Below the pieces are notes generated by a model, which ran no database searches, was not told the DNA's origin, and saw only the letters and a program-made list of their open reading frames with translations. From NCBI GenBank assembly GCA_965237415.1, contig CBDEFM010000001.1, positions 320,001-384,000 on the forward strand: DNA of 64,000 nucleotides, in the 5' to 3' direction. The position numbers and the translations under genes were made by a program. Shown here one piece after another: positions 57,317 to 64,000 of this stretch; position 1 is the stretch's first letter, and every line of letters begins with the position of its first letter. This DNA comes from Alphaproteobacteria bacterium (GTDB taxonomy: Bacteria; Pseudomonadota; Alphaproteobacteria; UBA828).

Positions 57317-58564
57317 TCAAGCTAAGGACCCGTCCCCGTGCGCGTCGGCGCTCATCAGCTGGTCGATTCGGTCGGCCACCCGCTGGGCGGGGTCGCGGAG
57401 CTGTTCGACGGTCCAGTCGGCGGCGTAGCCCTCGGTGATGTCATCGTCGCGGGCGTGGTTGACCAGCCGCTTGGTCAGCGAGCGCGGCAGCATCAGCTCG
57501 CGCTCGGCCACGGTGATGAAAACATTGCGCAGGCCGTGGAACCAGAACCGGGTTCCGGCGGCGCGCCCGATTTCTTCGTAGTACTGGTGAATGCCGCCCA
57601 GATGGCCCGACGCGCTCATCGTGGACGGGAACAGCCAGCCGTCCGGGTCATCGCTGTCCTCCCGGCGGCGTTTGAAGATCGCGGCCAGTTGCCGGGTGAC
57701 GGGAAGCTCCAGCGGCTCTCCGGTCTTGGTCTCCTCGACCCGGAGGGTAAGGCGTTCAAGGTTCACCCGCTCCCATTTCAGCGACACGATCTCGCCCAGG
57801 CGCATGCCGGTGTAGACCCCAATGAGGAAAATGCCGCGGTGCGCGGGCGGGAGCCCGACCTCCTCGATGCCGGCGCGCCAGCGCGGCAGCACCTCGCTCG
57901 GGGCGGAGATGCGCCGCCGCCGTTTCGGGTGATAGCGCCCGCCGCCGGCGAGCCAGAGCTCGACCGGATTGCGCAGGCCCTCGTGATCGACGCAGGACCG
58001 GCGGTAGATCGAGCGCAGCAACGAGATCGTCTGGTTGGCGGTCGCCCAGCCGTGGTTCATGGTGATGTGATTGAACCGCCCCTCGATGTCGCGCCGGGTG
58101 ATGGCGTCGAGCGGGCGGGAGCGCCAGTCGGGTATATTGACCCGCACGTTCTGGCGGTAGCGCTCGACGGTCCTTGCCTTGCGGTTGGGGTTGGCGGCCA
58201 TGTAGTCCTTGAACGCTTCTTCGAGGGTGGGAATTCCCCGGGCCACGGCGCGTTCGTTGGCGGGGTCGTCCCCTGCGGCGACGCGCCCGAAAAGTTCCTG
58301 GGCCATGCGCCGCGCCTGGTCGGGGGTGATGCGGCCGTAGCGTCCGAGGGTGACGCGCTTGTTGGGCGCCTTGCGCCCGCCGTCTCCGGCGCGATAGTTG
58401 GCGATGAAGGTCCTGGTGCCCGAGGGCTGGACGCGGACGCCGAAGCCCGAAAGCTTGTCGTCCCATGCAATCCAGGGCTTGTCGGTGGGCTCGAGGGCGT
58501 CGAGATTGCGCTTGGTCAGCGTCAGCTTGACCTTGGCGATGCGTTTTGCTGAGAGATTTTCCAT
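57317..58564 (-). CDS. Tyrosine integrase with N-terminal arm-binding domain
   Basis: WDDKLSGFGVRV..SG, TGMRLGE, TKTG, HGLRNVF, LVNH, EGY. Confidence 0.92.
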   Translation of the reverse strand: MENLSAKRIAKVKLTLTKRNLDALEPTDKPWIAWDDKLSGFGVRVQPSGTRTFIANYRAGDGGRKAPNKRVTLGRYGRITPDQARRMAQELFGRVAAGDDPANERAVARGIPTLEEAFKDYMAANPNRKARTVERYRQNVRVNIPDWRSRPLDAITRRDIEGRFNHITMNHGWATANQTISLLRSIYRRSCVDHEGLRNPVELWLAGGGRYHPKRRRRISAPSEVLPRWRAGIEEVGLPPAHRGIFLIGVYTGMRLGEIVSLKWERVNLERLTLRVEETKTGEPLELPVTRQLAAIFKRRREDSDDPDGWLFPSTMSASGHLGGIHQYYEEIGRAAGTRFWFHGLRNVFITVAERELMLPRSLTKRLVNHARDDDITEGYAADWTVEQLRDPAQRVADRIDQLMSADAHGDGSLA

Positions 58565-58757
58565 GCGGGCATTATGCCGGGACCTGCGAAATGTTCAACC
58601 CTGTATTCAACACGAGAAAGAGAAACGGAGGCTGGTCAAGCGGGATGCAGAGGCCTTGTGGCACTTGAGGAATCCTACTAACCTGTTGATTGATAAGCGT
58701 TGAGGTCAGCATATGCGCTTTCGAGAGCATCCATGCCGAAATGTCGTCCATGAATGC

Positions 58758-58915
58758 TGGGAGGATGTCGACCTCGAGCATGACGAAATCCGGTTGCGCG
58801 ATGCCAAGACTGGCGCACGCGCGGTCCCGCTGTCGCCGATGGCGAGACAGGTGCTGACCTCTCTGCCCGGGCAACCGGATAATCCGTGGGTTATTTCGGG
58901 GCGTGGGCCTGGCGC
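58758..58915 (+). pseudogene. Internal fragment of another tyrosine integrase
   Basis: WEDVDLEHDEIRLRDAKTGARAVPLSPMARQVL...NPWVISGR, lacking both termini. Confidence 0.75.
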
Positions 58916-59174
58916 TCGAGAACGCGACCCACGCCACGGCGAGCCTCGGCGCCGACGCCTCGGGGGTCCCGGACAGTCCGATGCGCTCGACGATGCGCTA
59001 CCGCGTCAAGCGCGGCGTCTACCTGATGGAGGAAGGCTTCCTCAAGCTCGCTGCGCGCCGCTAGGCGTGCGTTTCCGAAGCGGCGCAGCGCGGCGGTGGG
59101 CATTCGAGTTTGCTGTTCAGGTGGCGGCGTCGGTATCGCAAGGCGGCGGACACGGGCACCCGGCTCCGGTCTCG

Positions 59175-60593
59175 CTACGGTTCATTTCCTGCGACCACCA
59201 ACTCGTCCCAGTCCCCCGGCGGGCCCGCTCGCAAGCGCTTGAACAGCGTCCTTCCGGCGATATCGAAGCCCATGGCAAAAGCCTGTAGTCGCGTTTCCTC
59301 CGACACCTGCTTCTTTCCGGCATGGACGATCTTCGAGCGCATGTCGTAGAACTCCTTCGCCGCCTTCATGTACCCGAGCCTGCTTGCCGCGTCCGTTCCG
59401 AGATACCAGGCCACCCTGGTACGCATCTTGTGGGCAATCTCGCCGCCTTCCGGTCGATACATCCGCTCCAGCGCAATCGCGACGTCCAGGATCTTGTCAT
59501 CACCGGCAAACGGTCCACTCCGTGCCTGCGCCTCGGCAAGCCGGCTGACGATCGGAGCCATCGCTTGATGGCGTGCGGTTCTCAGGTTGCCGAAGGCTTC
59601 CCTTGCCTCGTCCAAGGCTTCCCGAGCCAATCGCGGACGGTCGGCCAACCCGTCGAATCGGTGCGCCGACAAGCTCCGATAGGACCCGGGACCGCGACGC
59701 TCCAGCCCCAACAGCCTGCCGGCAGACCGATGGATGCAATCGGGCAGTTCGGCAAGACGAAGGACGGGCGCCGCATGCGCCACGGCAATCAGTTCCAGGA
59801 AGGTCCGAGCGTCCTGGAAAAACTCTCCCCGCGGCTTCGACCCTGCAGCCTCCGGGTCGCCCGGCATGCGAAACGAGGGCGTCCATTGGAACGGCCTGAT
59901 GATCGCGCCGACCGAACGCCAGCCGCGCATCTCCGTTTCCGCCGGGGCGAGCTCTTGCACCAACTTCTCGTCCACGAATGCCCTTACCCGCTCGAACGGA
60001 ACGATTGCCATGCCATCGGCGAGGCCGCTCTCCTCCGCCAGCGTCGGGCCGTAGAACAGCACGACGTCGCATCCGACATCGGGGCCGGCCGATACGCGCA
60101 CGGAACCGGTGTTCGTGATCGGAGCGAGGAGTGCGCTCAACTCGCCGGCAGCCGCCCGGAAACGGTCGCCGTCGAGCTCCGCGGCCCGCGCCATCAATCC
60201 GGCGATGAGGTCCGTCAGCGAGGTTAAGCGGCCTGAACCGAGGGCCTGCACCCGGAATTCGTCACGACCGGCAATCGAATCCGGAACGTCGGCCAATGTC
60301 GGGTGCGCCAGCAAGATGCTTCCCACGACATCCGCCTGTGACGCCTTTGACGTCTGGCTCTTCGCCCGGCGTGGCACCCAATCCCAACCGCGTCCTTGCA
60401 TGGCGAAGTGACCCCATACCTGCTCCGGCGAGTAGGTATGCGGTGCGCCTTCAGGCCCGCCGAACAGGAGACCCATGTCCGGGGCCAGCCCGTAATACTT
60501 CCGCAGCATGTTTTCGTGCCCTTCAGCCAGTTCCGAAAGCGCCTGCGCAAGGCGTTCAGTCCAGGCTTCGGCGTCGAACTCATCAGGCTTCAT
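59175..60593 (-). CDS. Apea-like HEPN-domain protein
   Basis: C-terminal ILDVAIALERMY...KMRTRVAWYLG...FYDMRSKIVHAG with RxxxxH. Confidence 0.8.
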   Translation of the reverse strand: MKPDEFDAEAWTERLAQALSELAEGHENMLRKYYGLAPDMGLLFGGPEGAPHTYSPEQVWGHFAMQGRGWDWVPRRAKSQTSKASQADVVGSILLAHPTLADVPDSIAGRDEFRVQALGSGRLTSLTDLIAGLMARAAELDGDRFRAAAGELSALLAPITNTGSVRVSAGPDVGCDVVLFYGPTLAEESGLADGMAIVPFERVRAFVDEKLVQELAPAETEMRGWRSVGAIIRPFQWTPSFRMPGDPEAAGSKPRGEFFQDARTFLELIAVAHAAPVLRLAELPDCIHRSAGRLLGLERRGPGSYRSLSAHRFDGLADRPRLAREALDEAREAFGNLRTARHQAMAPIVSRLAEAQARSGPFAGDDKILDVAIALERMYRPEGGEIAHKMRTRVAWYLGTDAASRLGYMKAAKEFYDMRSKIVHAGKKQVSEETRLQAFAMGFDIAGRTLFKRLRAGPPGDWDELVVAGNEP

Positions 60594-60829
60594 GCGCGCA
60601 GCTCTCTTGCGAACGTCGATGTCGTGCTGCCGGCGGCCCCGAATGCGACGTGGAACGCGCCGTCACCCTTGCGGGTCTCGAACCTGCCGGACGGGCGGCT
60701 GCCATCCCCGGCATCAGGCACCCGATGATGCGTGAGTCCAAGACCGGCCTTGCGCCCGGAACGCGGTTCCTGTCCCCAGCACGCTTCGCCCACGCTGCCT
60801 CTCCCCTCGGGTGGACGACCTCCTGCACC

Positions 60830-61354
60830 TCACCGGGGGCCGGCGGCGGAGACGGCGCCTGCCTCACAGCAGCCGGTCCTGGCGGGGGTGCGCCTTCCCT
60901 TCGCCCGCCTTGCGGAACCTTCGCCCGCTTCGCGGCAGACGGCACGACCGAGGCCGCAGCGATGCGCGCCCGTTCCTCGCCCACCACCCGAGGCGAGCGC
61001 CGCGCACAGCTCTTCCGAGCGGCCCGACGCGACCAGGGCAGATGCCCAGGCGGCGAACATCACCGCGATCCGCTCCTGCATGTCGCGCACCAGGGGACCC
61101 GCATCCTCCCCCTCCAGCATCAGCGCGCGAACCTCCCGCACCGCCTCCAGCAGCTCCCGCTGCTCTTCCGCAGCGAGCGTCAGCTCAGGACCGGCGTCCT
61201 CTTCCGAAGCGTCCCGCTCCACCAGCTCTACAAGGTATCGCGCGATCGACAGGCCGCGCCGCTTTGCGTTGCGGCGAACGATCTCCCAATCCGCGTCCGT
61301 CGCCGAGAGCGAGATGTGCTTGCCCACCTTCCGGCGGCGCCGCTTCCGGCTCAC
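60830..61354 (-). CDS. RHH-domain protein 3 (probable +1 frameshift near 60988; corrected frame ends at 60583)
   Basis: KHISLSATDADWEIVRRNAKRRGLSIARYLVEL; GTGA overlap with the upstream gene. Confidence 0.65.
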   Translation of the reverse strand: MSRKRRRRKVGKHISLSATDADWEIVRRNAKRRGLSIARYLVELVERDASEEDAGPELTLAAEEQRELLEAVREVRALMLEGEDAGPLVRDMQERIAVMFAAWASALVASGRSEELCAALASGGGRGTGAHRCGLGRAVCREAGEGSARRAKGRRTPARTGCCEAGAVSAAGPR

Positions 61355-61662
61355 GGCGCCCGCTCCCGTGCAAGGACAGAGACCGCGCTCAGCAGGCTCA
61401 GCCCGCTGCCGCCCGGAAGCTCGCGCCGGAGAGCCCGCGCCAATGCCTGCAACTCCCGCACCCCATCCCGCAACTCAGCCTGTTCCTCTTCCGTCAGCAC
61501 CAGGGGATGACGGTCCGGATCGTCGGCGAGCGCAAGCTCCATCACATAACGCGACACGGTCTTGCCCGCCGCCTCCGCGCGCTCCCGGATCATCGCCTGC
61601 TCTGCAGGCTTGCAGTGCAGGCTCCGCTGCCGCCTGCCGGGCCGCTCCGCCGCCTCCGTCAC
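61351..61662 (-). CDS. RHH-domain protein 2
   Basis: RQRSLHCKPAEQAMIRERAEAAGKTVSRYVMELAL; GTGA overlaps on both sides. Confidence 0.7.
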   Translation of the reverse strand: MTEAAERPGRRQRSLHCKPAEQAMIRERAEAAGKTVSRYVMELALADDPDRHPLVLTEEEQAELRDGVRELQALARALRRELPGGSGLSLLSAVSVLARERAP

Positions 61663-62030
61663 GGCTCGTCCTCCCCTTCCGGCCCCACTGCCTTCCAGCG
61701 GTTCGCCGCGCCAGGATCGGTCAGCCCCTCCAGCATGCCCTCCCGCTCGATCCATTCGTCAACCGCGTCGCAGGCGTCCTCCCAGGCCTCGCCGGCGCCG
61801 GCGCCGCGCAGCCGCCTCTCCTCCAGCCTGGCCAGCACCAGCATCTCGCGAACAGCCCGGCGCAGAACCTCCGGCGGCAGTGGGTCCCAGTCCAGCGCGC
61901 GATGGATCACGAAGCGCGACAGGTCCATGCCGCTCTCCGCAGCCGCCCGGCCGATCCGATCCCACTCCGCATCGGTCGCCATCACGGCCCGCTGGCGCCG
62001 CCCGCTGGCATCCTCCTTCATGGTCGCCAT
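61659..62030 (-). CDS. RHH-domain protein 1
   Basis: RQRAVMATDAEWDRIGRAAAESGMDLSRFVIHRAL. Confidence 0.7.
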   Translation of the reverse strand: MATMKEDASGRRQRAVMATDAEWDRIGRAAAESGMDLSRFVIHRALDWDPLPPEVLRRAVREMLVLARLEERRLRGAGAGEAWEDACDAVDEWIEREGMLEGLTDPGAANRWKAVGPEGEDEP

Positions 62031-62280
62031 CCGTCTGAAAAAGCCTGCATCAACTGTGACACACCAGACCCATTTAGGGAAACTATAGTACGAAACTTCC
62101 CAAGAAAATCCTCATCGTCATACGACTCGCATCACTTATAGGTTACGTACAGAACCCATTTATCGCATTATCAGCATCACTCCAATGTCCCAATCCAGCT
62201 TCCACACCCATGTCCCCGAATGCAACTCCTCAATGACACACAATCAAATTCTATGTCGTTCCAACCATCCCCACCCGTCC

Positions 62281-62309
62281 TTGACAACAACCCTAAGCCA
62301 CTGTATTAT
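62281..62309 (+). promoter_or_regulatory. Near-consensus sigma70 promoter
   Basis: TTGACA, 17 bp, TATTAT inside the G-poor tract. Confidence 0.5.
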
Positions 62310-62620
62310 AACCCTCTTACAGGAGAAACCTGCAACCCTACATCAGCCTCAATGTACCTAAATCAAGAATATAAACTACACACCTCCTCAACTACATCAA
62401 TCTCAGCCCCTGTGCCTGATCCGTCCGACGCATCGCCTCCCTCCACACCACAGAGGCGTTCCAAAACCGGACAGATCATCTGGTACATGGGACGGACATA
62501 TCCTGTGTTGCCGACGTTCACGAAATTCGGTTCTTTTGCGATCTCAAGAAATCGAAGACAATCGCCGGTTGTCTTGAAGAAGCGAGAAAGCGATCTTCGG
62601 AAGCAGGGGAGTGAAGACCG

Positions 62621-62974
62621 ATCGGGCGGTTGACGACACATGTGCTTGATTTGACGTCGGGCACGCCGGCGGGAGGATTGAAGCTGGAGCTCTGGCGCCT
62701 GGACGGCGCGGCGGCGGAACGACTCAAGACAGTCGTGACGAACAGCGACGGCCGGATCGATGGCGCCTTGCTGGAAGGGGAGGCGTTTGCCGCGGGGACC
62801 TATGAGCTGCGCTTCATGGCGGGCGACTATCGAAGGCGCACCGGCGGGCCGTTTCCCGAACCGTTGTTCCTCGATGTCGTGCCGGTGCGCTTCGGCGTGG
62901 CGGATCCACAAGACCACTACCACGTCCCGCTGCTGCTTTCCGCCTATGGCTATTCCACCTATCGCGGAAGTTGA
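62621..62974 (+). CDS. uraH: 5-hydroxyisourate hydrolase (transthyretin-like)
   Basis: GRLTTHVLD, TNSDGR, HYHVPLLLS, C-terminal YRGS; start codon uncertain (ATC 62621 or TTG 62630). Confidence 0.92.
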   Translation: MGRLTTHVLDLTSGTPAGGLKLELWRLDGAAAERLKTVVTNSDGRIDGALLEGEAFAAGTYELRFMAGDYRRRTGGPFPEPLFLDVVPVRFGVADPQDHYHVPLLLSAYGYSTYRGS

Positions 62975-62977
62975 CGC

Positions 62978-64000
62978 ATGACGCGCTCGTCGGTTCGGTT
63001 TCTCCACCGCGGCGAGGTCGTCTCGCTCTCCGATGTGGCCGCGAACGAGACCCTCCTCGACTATCTGCGGCTGCGCCGCCATGCCTGCGGGAGCAAGGAG
63101 GGCTGCGCCGAGGGCGACTGCGGCGCCTGCACTGTGGCTCTCGGCACCCTGCAGGGCGGCAGGCTGGAATACGCGCCGGTCAACAGCTGCATCTGCCTTC
63201 TGGGCATGATCGACGGCAAGGAGCTGGTCGCCGTGGAAGACCTGGCCGGCCCGGACGGCGCACTGCACCCCGTGCAGGACGCCGTCCTGAGGCATCACGG
63301 CAGCCAGTGTGGCTTCTGCACGCCGGGCATCGTGATGAGTCTCTTCACCCTGTACCACGCTGGCGGGCGCTGTGACCGGCAGGCGGTGAACGACACACTC
63401 GCCGGCAATCTCTGCCGCTGCACCGGCTACCGGCCGATCGTCGATGGCGCGCTGGAGGCGTGCGCCGGAACGCCGCGCGACGCATTCGCGGCGCGCCGTG
63501 CAGCCACCGTCGAACGATTGGCGGCCCTGGACGACGGCGAGGACCTCTTCATCGGCGATGAGGCGACGGGATTCTTCGCGGCGCCGGCCACGGTCGAGGC
63601 CCTGGCCCGGCTTTACGCGCGGCATCCGGACGCCACACTGGTCGCGGGCGCCACGGATGTCGGGTTGTGGATCACCAAGCAGATGCGGGCCCTGCCCAAG
63701 ATCGTTCACCTGGGGCGGGCGGGCGGTCTGGCGGACATGCGCGAGACCGAAGCGGGCTTCAGTATCGGCGCCGGCGTCACCTATGAGCGCGCGGAGAGCG
63801 CCATGGCGGCGATCGATCCCGATCTCGTCGAGTTGTTCCGCCGTCTCGGTGCCAAGCAGGTCCGCGCGGTGGGGACGCTTGGCGGCAACATCGCCAACGG
63901 CTCTCCGATCGGCGATACGCTGCCCGCTCTGATCGCGCTCGGTGCGACACTGCACCTGCGCCGGGACCAGGCGACGCGGTCGATGCCGCTAGAGGACTTC
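62978..64000 (+). CDS. xdhA: Xanthine dehydrogenase small subunit (partial)
   Basis: KEGCAEGDCGACTV, QCGFCTPG, GNLCRCTGY, AGATDVG, GGNIANGSPIGD; runs off the window end. Confidence 0.93.
   Translation, partial: MTRSSVRFLHRGEVVSLSDVAANETLLDYLRLRRHACGSKEGCAEGDCGACTVALGTLQGGRLEYAPVNSCICLLGMIDGKELVAVEDLAGPDGALHPVQDAVLRHHGSQCGFCTPGIVMSLFTLYHAGGRCDRQAVNDTLAGNLCRCTGYRPIVDGALEACAGTPRDAFAARRAATVERLAALDDGEDLFIGDEATGFFAAPATVEALARLYARHPDATLVAGATDVGLWITKQMRALPKIVHLGRAGGLADMRETEAGFSIGAGVTYERAESAMAAIDPDLVELFRRLGAKQVRAVGTLGGNIANGSPIGDTLPALIALGATLHLRRDQATRSMPLEDF

Noticed and set aside
58713-59288. 191-aa ORF as an intact gene
   Set aside because: Chimera of an integrase fragment and unrelated sequence; catalytic residues are missing
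62220-62633. 137-aa ORF in the G-poor tract
   Set aside because: Ser/Pro/Thr/Asn bias simply reflects base skew; no motif
1-64000. CRISPR array, rRNA, integron attC array, reverse transcriptase
   Set aside because: No regularly spaced repeats, rRNA-like sequence, IntI-type integrase or RT motifs seen by eye

Overview
High-GC (roughly 70%) bacterial DNA, probably alphaproteobacterial. Most of the window is the right-hand part of an F-type (MPF_F) conjugative element with a MOB_F relaxase, likely an ICE, ending next to chromosomal purine-catabolism genes. 1-12974: end of the transfer region (traU end, trbC, traN, traF, traH, traG, a convergent small membrane gene, traD, TrwC-like relaxase). 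13.1-17.2 kb: lower-GC two-gene cargo (VPA1262/PLD-like protein plus a 734-aa unknown). About 18.25 kb: an oriT with an F-like nic site beside a ribbon-helix-helix (RHH) gene. 18.3-48.3 kb: a 30-kb leading region with nearly all genes pointing back at oriT (two SLOG proteins, DUF4326, Toprim primase, NADAR, AlkB, SSB, RadC split by a RIT element, strawberry-notch methylase/helicase, DUF2958, GHKL ATPase, ParB-like protein, MoxR/vWA module, frameshifted PAPS-reductase homologue). This region is rich in structures that appear to fold on the transferred strand and contains a 104-nt tRNA-like element. 48.6-57.3 kb: HU, Sir2-HerA, an Mrr-like nuclease, an IS5 remnant and a merR-merT-merP-like module between two diverged att-like repeats. 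57.3-62.5 kb: tyrosine integrase, integrase remnant, three RHH genes plus an Apea-like HEPN gene, and a G-depleted tract. 62.6-64 kb: uraH and the start of xdhA. All family calls come from motif recognition by eye; no database search was run.
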